Shown here: piece after piece, positions 8,267-17,620 of the stretch | Layout: every line of letters begins with the position of its first letter | How positions within the stretch are numbered: the first letter of the stretch is position 1 | Assembly (NCBI GenBank): GCA_964577655.1 | Contig: CAZNZR010000002.1 | Location: 1-61,326 of the forward strand | DNA length: 61,326 bases | Source: an uncultured Candidatus Saccharibacteria bacterium | GTDB taxonomy: Bacteria; Patescibacteriota; Minisyncoccia; Phycocordibacterales; UBA5272 | Direction of reading: 5' to 3' | Made by a program: the position numbers and the translations under genes | The notes under the pieces: model-generated | Database searches by the model: none | What the model was told of the DNA's origin: nothing | Seen by the model: only the letters and a program-made list of their open reading frames with translations

Positions 8267-8809
8267 ATGAAAGATTATAAAGTTATTTCTTTTCTTGAGT
8301 TGGCGAAATTTTTATCACATAAAGATTCAACAGTCAGCCTTGAAATGCTTGGCGGTAAATTTGTTTTAACAGAAAAAAAAGTTTTTTCAGAAGAAGAAAT
8401 GAAAATTTTGGTTTCTGATTTTTTAAAGAAACAGAACCTAGCCTCTCTTTCTTTTGAAATAGATGAAGAAGATGATCGCTTTTTCTGTGAAGTTGAAAAA
8501 TTGGAACTTCCGAGACAAATTAAGTGGTTAAAGAGAGATTTAAAAGATTTTGTAGATTTCTGTAAAAGAAAAGCATATATCTCAGTAGGTCTATTTAATT
8601 TTCTTTTTCATGTCACAGAAAAGGAGGAATCATTTTTTACTCTTGAAGATATGCTCATAAAGATAAAAGAGTGTAAGGAGAATAAACAAAAACTTCCTTG
8701 GAAGGGGTATGGAAAAGAGAAAGAAAAAGAATTAAAAAGCTTGTTAATTGATTTAAAAGAAAACAAGGAAATAATATCTAATCTTTTCTTTAATGAAAAT
8801 CTCAAGTAA
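8267..8809 (+). CDS. Hypothetical protein (orphan)
   Basis: 180-aa ORF with its own promoter and no recognised domain. Confidence 0.5.
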   Translation: MKDYKVISFLELAKFLSHKDSTVSLEMLGGKFVLTEKKVFSEEEMKILVSDFLKKQNLASLSFEIDEEDDRFFCEVEKLELPRQIKWLKRDLKDFVDFCKRKAYISVGLFNFLFHVTEKEESFFTLEDMLIKIKECKENKQKLPWKGYGKEKEKELKSLLIDLKENKEIISNLFFNENLK

Positions 8810-8957
8810 ATTCGTCTCCTGTGACGCTGGTCACAAGCAAACAATTTCTTTCACTGAAAAGGATGTTGGCTATAGAAAACACTGGAAATGTGGGATCTGT
8901 GGCATAGCAAGTTCTTTTCTAGTGAAAGAAAAATGGTTTAAAAAAGCAAAAGCTTGA
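8793..8957 (+). CDS. Unlisted 54-aa Cys/His small protein (zinc-ribbon-like)
   Basis: The ATG at 8793 overlaps the last 17 nt of ORF 8267-8809 in another frame. It translates to MKISSKFVSCDAGHKQTISFTEKDVGYRKHWKCGICGIASSFLVKEKWFKKAKA. A hairpin plus T-tract follows at about 8966-8992. Confidence 0.4.
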   Translation: MKISSKFVSCDAGHKQTISFTEKDVGYRKHWKCGICGIASSFLVKEKWFKKAKA

Positions 8958-9062
8958 AAACAAAGAATCCGAAAGGGTTCTTTTTTATTTGCAAAAAATA
9001 CAGTTTTATGTTAATATTCTAGTATTAAAAAATACTAAATTTATTAAATATTATTGAAATAT

Positions 9063-9380
9063 ATGACTAATTTTGCAGTTATTCAAACAGGTGGAAAGCA
9101 GTATAAAGTAGAAGCTGGTAGTAAATTAAAGATTGAAAAGATAATCGGTGAATACAAAGTAGGCGATAAGCTATCTTTTGAAAATGTTCTTCTTACTGTT
9201 GATGGGGAAGATGTAAAGATCGGCACACCATTTGTATCTGGAGCAAAGGTAGAAGCAGAGATTGTAGACATTGCAAAGCATAAGACTGTAGAAGTAGTAA
9301 AATATATGCCAAAGTCTAGATATTTTAAGAAAAATGGTCATAGACAACCATATTTTGAGATAAAGGTGTTGTCTATATAA
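9063..9380 (+). CDS. rplU: 50S ribosomal protein L21
   Basis: 'FAVIQTGGKQYKV' N-terminus. Start set at the ATG at 9063. Confidence 0.9.
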   Translation: MTNFAVIQTGGKQYKVEAGSKLKIEKIIGEYKVGDKLSFENVLLTVDGEDVKIGTPFVSGAKVEAEIVDIAKHKTVEVVKYMPKSRYFKKNGHRQPYFEIKVLSI

Positions 9381-9397
9381 TTCAAAATTAATTTAAA

Positions 9398-9434
9398 TAA
9401 AAATCTCGTAATAATTTACGAGATTTTTATTTTA
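9398..9434. terminator. Bidirectional intrinsic terminator (rplU / recR)
   Basis: AAATCTCGT-N8-ACGAGATTT flanked by A- and T-tracts. Confidence 0.7.
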
Positions 9435-9437
9435 TGA

Positions 9438-10076
9438 TTATTCTCGATGCGTAAATGCTTCTTTAAAAGTATTTCTATCTACATATTCTATATCAAGCCC
9501 AGTAGAGAGACCTCTTGCGAGAGTAGACATTTTTATTTTTTCCATACCTACTATTTGCGATAGAGTCTTTTTAAGATAATCAATAGTATTTTCTCCTTCA
9601 TCTGTAGCTGGTAAAGCAAAAACAATTTCTTTTATATTTTCTTCTTTATTTTCATTTTGAATATTAGTGTGTATTAAATTAACTAATTCACGAATATTTA
9701 TTACCTCACTTGGCTTTTCTGTAAGAAATGGAAGTATATTACCAAGTACAAAATACTTTCCATTGTAAAATCCGGTCTTTTCTATCGCATCTATATCAAG
9801 CTCTTTTACTATTATCATAAGAGAACTATTATCACGATTTTTATTATTACAAATATCACACAATTTATAATCATTTCCATTGTTTGATTTACTAAATACC
9901 CTAAGACACTTATCGCATATATGAGAGCTGTCTTTCAAGGCTTCTATATTTTTTGCGAGTTCAACTTTATAATTAGACTTTTCTCGAAGAAGAAAATAAA
10001 CAAATCTGGCCGCTTGCTTTGGGCCAATACCAGGAAATTTTAAAAACAATTCTTGTAATTTTTCTGTAGGATTCAT
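9438..10076 (-). CDS. recR: Recombination protein RecR
   Basis: 'FPGIGPKQAARFVYFLL' helix-hairpin-helix motif, a Cys4 zinc finger (CDKC...CDIC) and a Toprim-like C-terminus. Confidence 0.9.
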   Translation of the reverse strand: MNPTEKLQELFLKFPGIGPKQAARFVYFLLREKSNYKVELAKNIEALKDSSHICDKCLRVFSKSNNGNDYKLCDICNNKNRDNSSLMIIVKELDIDAIEKTGFYNGKYFVLGNILPFLTEKPSEVINIRELVNLIHTNIQNENKEENIKEIVFALPATDEGENTIDYLKKTLSQIVGMEKIKMSTLARGLSTGLDIEYVDRNTFKEAFTHRE

Positions 10077-10122
10077 AATAAATTATCTTAGAATTATAAC
10101 AAAAAGAGAAGTTTATAATATA

Positions 10123-10151
10123 TTGACAACATGACCAGTATTTGCTAGATT
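10123..10151 (+). promoter_or_regulatory. Sigma70-like promoter (TTGACA-17 nt-TAGATT)
   Basis: Hexamers read directly from the sequence. Confidence 0.5.
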
Positions 10152-10188
10152 AATTTTGGTATCTGTTTTTTTAACCAAAATCATTTTT

Positions 10189-10515
10189 ATGTGTATCTTT
10201 ATAAAGAAGACGCTTTTATGGACGAAGCCTGATATAAGATCGCTCACGTTCAAAAATGTTCAAGAGATATTGGAAAAGGCCACTAGAAAAAGTAAAAAAT
10301 CCAAATCTGTTGGATTTGAATTCAAATGTTGGCCATATCTGGTAATAGACTCTTCTCTCTTAAAAGAACCTGAGACATCAGACTCCTTAAAAGATTTCGA
10401 TAAACTTTTTTATTTCACAGTAAAAAAGGAAGCTCGATTTAAGATTTTTGGAGCTCAAATAGAGGAAACAGAATTTGTTTTATACGATTTTACTGGAGTA
10501 GGAGTTATTTATTAG
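10189..10515 (+). CDS. Hypothetical protein (orphan)
   Basis: ORF downstream of the promoter. The track TTG start at 10156 would lie at or upstream of the predicted TSS, so I used the first in-frame ATG. Confidence 0.35.
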   Translation: MCIFIKKTLLWTKPDIRSLTFKNVQEILEKATRKSKKSKSVGFEFKCWPYLVIDSSLLKEPETSDSLKDFDKLFYFTVKKEARFKIFGAQIEETEFVLYDFTGVGVIY

Positions 10516-10534
10516 CTTTATATTGTTTTCAATA

Positions 10535-10567
10535 TTACCTTCTAAAATAAATAGAAGGTAATTTTTT
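10535..10567. terminator. Bidirectional intrinsic terminator
   Basis: TTACCTTCT-N9-AGAAGGTAA plus T-tract, between the orphan ORF and dnaB. Confidence 0.65.
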
Positions 10568-12053
10568 AAAAATCATCTAGACCATCGACTTTTGGCATTT
10601 CGAAGTCGCCAAATTCATTTTTGTCAATAGAGAGGAATGAGGTCTTTTTATTATCAAAGAATAACTCTACTATACCAGTCGGACCATTTCTATGTTTTTC
10701 TATAAGTATCTCTACTATATTTTTCTTTTCACTATTTTCATTATGTTTATCTTCTCTATGGATGAACATTACCACATCAGCGTCTTGCTCTATAGATCCA
10801 GAATCACGAAGGTCAGATAGGCGAGGCCTACCGCCACGAGACTCTACTGCACGAGAAAGCTGAGAGAGTGCTATCACAGGAACATTGAATTCTTTAGCTA
10901 GACCTTTTAATGATCTAGATATTTCAGTTACTTGATTGACCATATTTTCATATGTGCGAGATGTCCCCATTAGCTGCAAGTAGTCTACTATTACGAGTCC
11001 TACCGGCTTATCATGATTAAGCTTTCTTAGGACGCTTCTCATATTCATTACAGTATTCGCAGGCTTATCATCTATAAATATCGGAGCTTGCATGAGCTTA
11101 TGCATACCTTCTTGAAGTCTTTCTATTTCTTCTTCCATGGAAAGTTTTCCTGTACGCAATTTCCATCCGTCGACTTGAGCTTCTGCAGAGAGCATTCTAT
11201 CTACTAGTTGTTGCTTACTCATTTCTAAAGAAAATATAACGGTAGGTACGCTATATTTTACAGCTGCATTACGAGCAAGATCAAGAGCAAGAGATGTCTT
11301 ACCGACAGATGGTCTAGCAGCGAGTATGACGAGGTCAGATTTTTGAAATCCTGATAATTTATTATCGAGATCTTTAAAGCCTGTAGGCACACCTCTCACT
11401 TCATTTTGATTTTCTGCTAAATGTATAAATCTAGATATAGTCTCTTCGCCAAGATCTTTCATGGAAGCGACATCGCTTTTACTATCGCTATTAGAAGTGA
11501 TCTCAAATATTTTTCTTTCCGCTTCTTCTAGTACATTCTCAAGCTCTTCTTCTTCATTAAATGCTATTTCTCCGATATGGCTTCCTGCTACTATTAGTTT
11601 TCTTAAGGTTGATTTCTTTTTTATTAATTCCGCATAATAAACTATATTAGCAGCTGATCCGACAAGACCTAGAAGATTGGAAAGATAATCAGTGCCTCCT
11701 ATTTGTTCTAATTCTTTTTTCTCTCGCAATTTAGAAGAGACTGTCAGCAAATCTACAGGCTCCTTTTTATTTATAAGATCTAATATAGTATCAAATATTA
11801 TTTTATGTTTTTCTGAATAGAAATCATTTCTATTTATTATGTGAGCGATCTCATAAAAAGAATCTGGAACTAAAAGTAAAGATCCAAGAAGAGCTTTTTC
11901 AGTCTCTAGATCCTGTGGAGGTATTCTGATCCCAGCAATCTCATTAAAAGGTGAAAGTATATTTTTATTTTGAAAATTATCTTTAGAAAAATCATTTCTA
12001 TTTTTACTGTTACTTTTTTCATTTTGGCGAGCCAAGTCTTGTGATGTAAGCAT
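10566..12053 (-). CDS. dnaB: Replicative DNA helicase DnaB
   Basis: 'PQDLETEKALLGSLL', Walker A 'ARPSVGKTS', 'VIALSQLSRAVESR' and 'LRDSGSIEQDAD'. Confidence 0.95.
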   Translation of the reverse strand: MLTSQDLARQNEKSNSKNRNDFSKDNFQNKNILSPFNEIAGIRIPPQDLETEKALLGSLLLVPDSFYEIAHIINRNDFYSEKHKIIFDTILDLINKKEPVDLLTVSSKLREKKELEQIGGTDYLSNLLGLVGSAANIVYYAELIKKKSTLRKLIVAGSHIGEIAFNEEEELENVLEEAERKIFEITSNSDSKSDVASMKDLGEETISRFIHLAENQNEVRGVPTGFKDLDNKLSGFQKSDLVILAARPSVGKTSLALDLARNAAVKYSVPTVIFSLEMSKQQLVDRMLSAEAQVDGWKLRTGKLSMEEEIERLQEGMHKLMQAPIFIDDKPANTVMNMRSVLRKLNHDKPVGLVIVDYLQLMGTSRTYENMVNQVTEISRSLKGLAKEFNVPVIALSQLSRAVESRGGRPRLSDLRDSGSIEQDADVVMFIHREDKHNENSEKKNIVEILIEKHRNGPTGIVELFFDNKKTSFLSIDKNEFGDFEMPKVDGLDDF

Positions 12054-12197
12054 ATTATTAAAAATGATTTTTATTAATTATTAATATTCAAATAATAACA
12101 AAATAGATACTATTGATACTAATTATTTTTTATGTTATTCTCTGTGGAGAAAGTTGATAACCTAAAAGATCTTTTAAAAACCTTTTAAATTAACCAT

Positions 12198-12533
12198 TTG
12201 AAAAGAAAAACATTCATTGACGAACATCTTGCTCATGACTTTATTAATGAAGAAATGAGGTGTTTTTTAGAACAACAAAAATTACCCAAACTTTTTGAAT
12301 TTGAGGTAGAATACTCCTTCTTTACAACTCCAGGAGCAATTTCTAATGAAGATGTGGCTTATCAAAAAATAAAAGATGGCGCTTTTATTTTATCTGGAAC
12401 TCTTTATTTTTTATCTTTTTCTACAAAAGACAAAAAACAAAAAAGAATTCCTTTTGCTATGATTTATAGAAATGATTTTAATTACAGTGTTGTGATTTTA
12501 TTTGAACAAGAAAAAGGAGATGAGCAAAATTAA
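12198..12533 (+). CDS. Hypothetical protein (orphan)
   Basis: 111-aa ORF with a TTG start in the track, so the start is uncertain. It is followed by a shared hairpin terminator. Confidence 0.35.
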   Translation: MKRKTFIDEHLAHDFINEEMRCFLEQQKLPKLFEFEVEYSFFTTPGAISNEDVAYQKIKDGAFILSGTLYFLSFSTKDKKQKRIPFAMIYRNDFNYSVVILFEQEKGDEQN

Positions 12534-12566
12534 TACCAATATTTTTTTATAAATTATTGGTATTTT
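12532..12566. terminator. Bidirectional intrinsic terminator
   Basis: AATACCAAT-N15-ATTGGTATT plus T-tract. Confidence 0.6.
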
Positions 12567-13847
12567 TTATAAATTAAGGCCGATGTATTTATCCATCTTG
12601 TGTATGATTATACATTTATCATGAACATTTAATTCTTTATCATTTATCATAACTATCAAGGCTCCCATTGCTGAAGCTGTATTTAAATCATTATTCATAT
12701 CTAGTATGAATTTTTTTAAATAATTTTCTCCACGTTCTGTTAGTTTATAATCATCTAATTTATTAGTTTTTATTAAAGATAAAAAATCTTCATCTACATT
12801 ATTTCTAATTTCTTTTATTTTTTTATTCAGTCTAATAAAACCAGTATTAGCTGCACCTAGTGAATCCCAGGAGAATTTTAATTCTTTACGATAATGAGTC
12901 ATAAGTAGTAGATATTTATAAGCAAGAGGAGAAATGTTTTTTTCTTTTATGCTTTCAAGTCTTAAAAAGTCTCCTGTGCTCTTACTCATTTTTCCTTTGT
13001 CGGCGTTGAGGAAGTTCACATGACACCAAATCTTCACAAATCTTTTACCATCATCTATTACACATTCACTCTGAGCTATTTCATTAGTATGATGAACTGG
13101 TATATGATCAATGCCACCAGTATGTATATCAAGATGATCACCAAGTACTGCTCGACTCATAGCACTACACTCAATATGCCAGCCGGGGAATCCGACTCCC
13201 CAGGGCGAATCCCACTCCATTTGTCTCTTTTCATCGACAGGAGAGAATTTCCATAAAGCAAAATCTGTCTTATTTTTCTTTTCATTATTCTCATCTTCTA
13301 TTCTTATTCCTTTCTGTAATCCTTCTATGTCTAATTTTCCCAGCTCTGTATATTTATTAAATTTACTAGTGTCAAAATATATTCCGTCACTAGTAGTGTA
13401 TGTATATCCTTTCTCTTCTAGAGACTTTATCATTGCTATCTGATCTCTAATATATTCTGTAGCGGGAGTCCAGATAAATTTATCTTTATTTATATTTAAA
13501 TCTTTTAGATCAGAATAAAATGCGTCAGTATAGTATTTTGCTATTTCCCATACACTTTTGCCTTCACGAGCTGCACCTTTTTCCATTTTATCTTCTCCTT
13601 CATCTCTATCTGAGACCAGGTGTCCGACGTCAGTGATATTTATTTGATGTTTTACGGTATATCCAGCTTCTCTTAAAGTATTATTAAGGATATCTGCAAA
13701 GATATAAGCTCTCAGATTACCTAGATGTGCATAGTGATATACTGTGGGGCCACAAGAGTAGATCAAGACCTCATCTTTGTTAATAGGAATAAGTAGCTCC
13801 TTCTCTCTAGTAAGAGTATTGTAGAGATATATATCTTTGGTATTCAT
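12567..13847 (-). CDS. cysS: Cysteine--tRNA ligase
   Basis: 'CGPTVYHYAHLGNLR' (HIGH), 'GFPGWHIECS' and 'KMSKS'. Confidence 0.95.
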   Translation of the reverse strand: MNTKDIYLYNTLTREKELLIPINKDEVLIYSCGPTVYHYAHLGNLRAYIFADILNNTLREAGYTVKHQINITDVGHLVSDRDEGEDKMEKGAAREGKSVWEIAKYYTDAFYSDLKDLNINKDKFIWTPATEYIRDQIAMIKSLEEKGYTYTTSDGIYFDTSKFNKYTELGKLDIEGLQKGIRIEDENNEKKNKTDFALWKFSPVDEKRQMEWDSPWGVGFPGWHIECSAMSRAVLGDHLDIHTGGIDHIPVHHTNEIAQSECVIDDGKRFVKIWCHVNFLNADKGKMSKSTGDFLRLESIKEKNISPLAYKYLLLMTHYRKELKFSWDSLGAANTGFIRLNKKIKEIRNNVDEDFLSLIKTNKLDDYKLTERGENYLKKFILDMNNDLNTASAMGALIVMINDKELNVHDKCIIIHKMDKYIGLNL

Positions 13848-13921
13848 ATAAAGCTTATTTTAGCATATTTTATAAAATATAATATAAGCTACTTTTATAT
13901 TTATGATATAATCACTTTTAT

Positions 13922-15169
13922 ATGAGTTTCAAAGAAATATTTTATAGAAAATTAAATAATAAAATCAAGAATCTGCCCTTAATCCTTATAGCTATATTCT
14001 TTTTTGTTTTTGGATATTTATTTTCTAATATTTCTAATAATAAAGTATTTTCTCTTGCTTCAGCATCCGCTACGCCATTAGAAATTCCTAAGATTTTAGA
14101 AGAAGTTAGGAATGCTTTGGAAGAGAATTTTATTCCTTGGAAAAATTCTTACAAACTTCCAACTTCTCTTGATCTCAATTATGGAATGGTAAAAGGCTAT
14201 GTAGAAAGTTATAAAGATCCTTACACAGAATTCTTCACTCCTAGTGAGTCAAAGCAGTTTGAAGAAAATATCAAAGGATCTTTCGGGGGTATAGGAGCTC
14301 TCATTGGATATAAAGATAAAAATGTAGTTATAATATCTCCTCTTAAAGATAGCCCCGCAGAAAAAGCTGGTATAAAGTCTGGAGATATAATCATCTCAGT
14401 AAATTCTTCTTCTACAGAAGGTATGTCTTCTGATGAAGTCATAAGCTTGGTCAGAGGAGATATCGGGACAGAAGTCGTCTTAGAAGTGCTTCATAAGGAT
14501 GCTATCAAGACAGATAAGATAAAAATAAAACGAGAAGAAGTGAAAGTCCCAGTAATAGAAACAGAAACAAAAGACGGAGTATTTATAATTCATTTTTATT
14601 CTTTTACAGAAGATTCAGCTATTAGATTCGAAAAAGTTCTTCAAGATTTTATAAAGACAGGTAAGAAAGAATTGGTTATAGATCTGCGTGGCAATGGTGG
14701 TGGATATTTGGAATCAGCTATAGATATATCCTCATTCTTTTTACCAAAAGATAAAGTAGTAGTGACAGAGAAAAATAGTAAGACTTTAAGCGATAATAAA
14801 AATTATTCTCGCGGATATGATTATTTTGCAAATAAAAAGTTAAAATTAGTTGTGCTCATTGATAACGGATCTGCTTCTGCTTCTGAGATATTAGCTGGAG
14901 CTCTCAAAGATAATGGAGTAGCTAAAGTCGTAGGAGAAAAATCTTTTGGAAAAGGAAGTGTCCAGCAACTTATAAAGCTATCAGATGGATCAGATTTAAA
15001 GGTAACCGTAGCAAAATGGTTCACTCCAAATGGAATTAATATTTCAGAAAATGGTATTACTCCAGACATTATAGCTACTTCGTCTAGTAAGATTCTCTAT
15101 GATAAAGGTGGTAAAGTATTAGACACTCAACTCCAAAAAGCTATTAGTATTCTTAAAGGATTAAAATAA
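13922..15169 (+). CDS. ctpA: Carboxy-terminal processing protease (S41) with PDZ domain
   Basis: 'GGIGALIG', PDZ 'SPAEKAGIKSGDIIISVN', 'DLRGNGGGYL' and 'NGSASASEILAGALKD'. Confidence 0.9.
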   Translation: MSFKEIFYRKLNNKIKNLPLILIAIFFFVFGYLFSNISNNKVFSLASASATPLEIPKILEEVRNALEENFIPWKNSYKLPTSLDLNYGMVKGYVESYKDPYTEFFTPSESKQFEENIKGSFGGIGALIGYKDKNVVIISPLKDSPAEKAGIKSGDIIISVNSSSTEGMSSDEVISLVRGDIGTEVVLEVLHKDAIKTDKIKIKREEVKVPVIETETKDGVFIIHFYSFTEDSAIRFEKVLQDFIKTGKKELVIDLRGNGGGYLESAIDISSFFLPKDKVVVTEKNSKTLSDNKNYSRGYDYFANKKLKLVVLIDNGSASASEILAGALKDNGVAKVVGEKSFGKGSVQQLIKLSDGSDLKVTVAKWFTPNGINISENGITPDIIATSSSKILYDKGGKVLDTQLQKAISILKGLK

Positions 15170-15227
15170 AAAAACCACTTATACATTTATATTTTAATAT
15201 AATAATAAGTGGTTTTAATGCTCAAGG

Positions 15228-15515
15228 CTAATAAAGAATTTTCTGTCCCGGCGGAACTGATTCTGAAAGATTATGTCCGGTTTCTTCTTTTGCAATTTTT
15301 TCTTCTATAATCTTTTTTACAAAATCTAATTCGCTATTTTCTATAACTTTAGCAGCTTTCTCTACATAAATTGCCAAGCGCGGATCTGACATTAATATAG
15401 AGTTTCCAGCAATTGTATTAAGAATACTAATTTTTTCTTGAAGCATATATTTGCTTTTATTGTGAAAAAATAAAGTTACCTCTAATAGACTATCAAAATA
15501 AAGATATTTTGTCAA
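15228..15515 (-). CDS. Hypothetical small protein
   Basis: ORF with a TTG start in the track; the first ATG would give 15228-15446. No domain recognised. The C-terminus may overlap a degenerate mini-element. Confidence 0.35.
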   Translation of the reverse strand: MTKYLYFDSLLEVTLFFHNKSKYMLQEKISILNTIAGNSILMSDPRLAIYVEKAAKVIENSELDFVKKIIEEKIAKEETGHNLSESVPPGQKILY

Positions 15516-15695
15516 ATATATTATAACCCTCTTAATTTCTATTTTTTGTATATTTAGATAGAGTCTTCATTTCCCTAATAGATTAGGGAGAAAAATAGAG
15601 CTTATTTTTATATAAAAATAACAAAAATACAAGCAAAATATATTTGTATAAAAGGTCTAATTTTGTTAAAATGAAATTAATATTATAATTAATTT

Positions 15696-16193
15696 ATGAA
15701 AGTTATTTTTATTCAAGATGTAGCGAGAGTTGGAAGAAAGGGAGAAGTGAAAGAAGTAGCTAATGGATTTGCTACGAATGTACTAATACCTAAAAAGCAA
15801 GCAGTGATAGCTACCGGAGAAGCTATAAGAAAGATAGAAGTAGAAAAGCAAAATAAAGAAGCCAAAAAAGAATTGGATAAAAATCTTTTTTTAAAAGCCG
15901 TAAATACTTTATGGGAAGAAATATCATCAAGTAGTAATGGGCTACTTGAGATAGAGGGTCACAAGAGCGATAAGCATGGTAATCTTTTTTCTCAGATAAA
16001 AGAAGAAGATATCGTAAAAGCAATATTTGAAAAAATAAAAATTTCTTTTAATCCTAGCCAAATAGATCTCGGTAAAAGTCCAATTAAAAAGCTAGGAGAA
16101 TATGAGATAGAGCTGAAAGATCCGACTTCGCACAAGGCTTCGTCAGGACACAGTAAAGAAAATAAAAGAAAAATAAAGATATTCGTTAAATAA
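15696..16193 (+). CDS. rplI: 50S ribosomal protein L9
   Basis: 'MKVIFIQDVARVGRKGEVKEVANGFATNVLIPKK' is a canonical L9 N-domain. Confidence 0.9.
   Translation: MKVIFIQDVARVGRKGEVKEVANGFATNVLIPKKQAVIATGEAIRKIEVEKQNKEAKKELDKNLFLKAVNTLWEEISSSSNGLLEIEGHKSDKHGNLFSQIKEEDIVKAIFEKIKISFNPSQIDLGKSPIKKLGEYEIELKDPTSHKASSGHSKENKRKIKIFVK
16121..16153 (+). repeat. GC-rich mini-element copy inside rplI
   Basis: TCCGACTTCGCACAAGGCTTCGTCAGGACACAG, translated in-frame as 'PTSHKASSGHS'. Confidence 0.8.
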
Positions 16194-16258
16194 AATAAAA
16201 CTCCTTCTTAAAAGAACATAGAAGGAGTTTTATTTTTAAATTTAAAGTTGTTATTTAT

Positions 16259-16531
16259 TTAAATTACATTGATAACTTTTTTCATTATTGTAGTGTTATC
16301 AAATTTTATTTGTCTTTTTTGAGAGAAAGATACTTTTCCATCTTTTAGAGCAAAAAGAGTGTGATCTTTACCCATGCCTACATTTTTCCCAGCGAGGAAC
16401 TTTGTTCCTCGCTGGCGAATAAGGATATTACCTGCTTTGACAACCTCATTAGATCCTTTTTTAAGACCTAGATACTTTGGTTGACTGTCTCTCAGGTTTT
16501 TCGCGGTTCCGGCCGCCTTACGATGTGCCAT
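16259..16531 (-). CDS. rpmA: 50S ribosomal protein L27
   Basis: '[24 protein letters not shown]' and '[12 protein letters not shown]'. Confidence 0.95.
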   Translation of the reverse strand: MAHRKAAGTAKNLRDSQPKYLGLKKGSNEVVKAGNILIRQRGTKFLAGKNVGMGKDHTLFALKDGKVSFSQKRQIKFDNTTIMKKVINVI

Positions 16532-16557
16532 AGTTTTGTTATATAATTATTAATAAT

Positions 16558-16911
16558 ATGCGAGAAAGTATAACAGAAACTTTGAAAAAAATCAATATTG
16601 AGCTTTCTGGTTCTACTTTTTTATCTTTATTTATAAGCCTTATTTTTCTTAATCTGTTTTTAGGTTATAAGATAGTCTCTAGTCAATATTTTGTTTCTAA
16701 TTGGAATTTTCAGTATATAGAGTCAGATTTTTCTAAAGGGATAGGCAATAATTCTAAAGAAGATAAATATTTTATATATGCTAGCAAAAAAGGTAAGAAG
16801 TATTATTATTACAATTGCAGAGCTACTATAAAAGAAGAAAATAAAATATTTTTTGACTCAGATGCTGCCGCTCTTAAAGCCGGCTATACTTTATCGAAGA
16901 CTTGTAAATAA
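16558..16911 (+). CDS. Membrane-anchored protein with Ada-like metal-binding C-terminus
   Basis: TM helix. The C-terminal 'YYYYNC....IFFDSDAAALKAGYTLSKTC' resembles the Ada Zn-binding or 'sunset' motif. Confidence 0.45.
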   Translation: MRESITETLKKINIELSGSTFLSLFISLIFLNLFLGYKIVSSQYFVSNWNFQYIESDFSKGIGNNSKEDKYFIYASKKGKKYYYYNCRATIKEENKIFFDSDAAALKAGYTLSKTCK

Positions 16912-17001
16912 AAGCTTAATAATTAATTTCTTGCAAAAATTTTAATAAATAGTATATTTAATTCTGATAAAAATATTTTTGTACCTTTTTAATCATATTT
17001 T

Positions 17002-17286
17002 ATGAATACAGAAGCTATATTTAATAGAATATTTTTCTGTGAAAAATGCTTTTTTGCCGGCGGCCCTAATCTTAGGGACGATGTGATTATTTTTTCTGAA
17101 TCCGAAGAGATGTTTTTACTTTATAAATTTCAACAAATAATTAAAGAAATAAAAACTCTCCCAAGAGGATTCACTCCTCATCTTGTACAGTTTACAAGCT
17201 ATCAGCATGGAGAAACTCCTCTTATCAAATATCAGATGCTTTGCAGCGTTTGTGGTGTTGAGATAAACAAAAAAAATACCAAATAA
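17002..17286 (+). CDS. Hypothetical Cys-containing protein (orphan)
   Basis: 94-aa ORF with CxxC at both ends (CEKC ... CSVC). Confidence 0.4.
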   Translation: MNTEAIFNRIFFCEKCFFAGGPNLRDDVIIFSESEEMFLLYKFQQIIKEIKTLPRGFTPHLVQFTSYQHGETPLIKYQMLCSVCGVEINKKNTK

Positions 17287-17445
17287 GCCAGAATGTGAAT
17301 TTGTCAGCTGGCGAGAATATGAGACCAACGCAAATCATTGGCAGGAGATAATCAATAACAAAATTTAAATACTCTAGCTCTAATAGCCAGAGTATTTTAT
17401 TTTTATGATATAATCTAATAATAAATAATTTTAAATATTAAATAT

Positions 17446-17538
17446 ATGGCAAAAGGAGATTTTAGAGAGAGAAAAGAAGCTAAAAAGCCAAAGAAATGCG
17501 GCTGTATGGGAAAGTGTAAGTGTAAAAAAGAAGCTTAA
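17446..17538 (+). CDS. Unlisted 30-aa basic Cys-rich peptide
   Basis: Translates to MAKGDFRERKEAKKPKKCGCMGKCKCKKEA. It has its own extended -10 (TGATATAAT, 17406-17414) and its own terminator (17560-17590). Confidence 0.35.
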   Translation: MAKGDFRERKEAKKPKKCGCMGKCKCKKEA

Positions 17539-17559
17539 TTCTTTTCTTGAAATAAAATA

Positions 17560-17590
17560 AAAACATCTCAGAAATGAGGTGTTTTTATTT
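17560..17590 (+). terminator. Intrinsic terminator
   Basis: ACATCTCA-GAAA-TGAGGTGT plus T-tract. Confidence 0.7.
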
Positions 17591-17601
17591 TAAAAATAGA
17601 G

Positions 17602-17610
17602 TGGTATAAT
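17602..17610 (+). promoter_or_regulatory. Extended -10 (TGGTATAAT) for the MazG-to-nuclease operon
   Basis: Read directly from the sequence. It lies 10 nt upstream of the ATG at 17621, implying a very short leader. Confidence 0.45.
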
Positions 17611-17620
17611 TAAAGAAAAT

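Noticed and set aside
15565-15590. Palindrome CCCTAAT-AG-ATTAGGG (about 15573-15588), similar to CCCTAA-TC-TTAGGG at about 17064-17077
   Set aside because: Only two occurrences are seen, one of them inside an ORF. That is too few to call a repeat family or operator; it may be chance.
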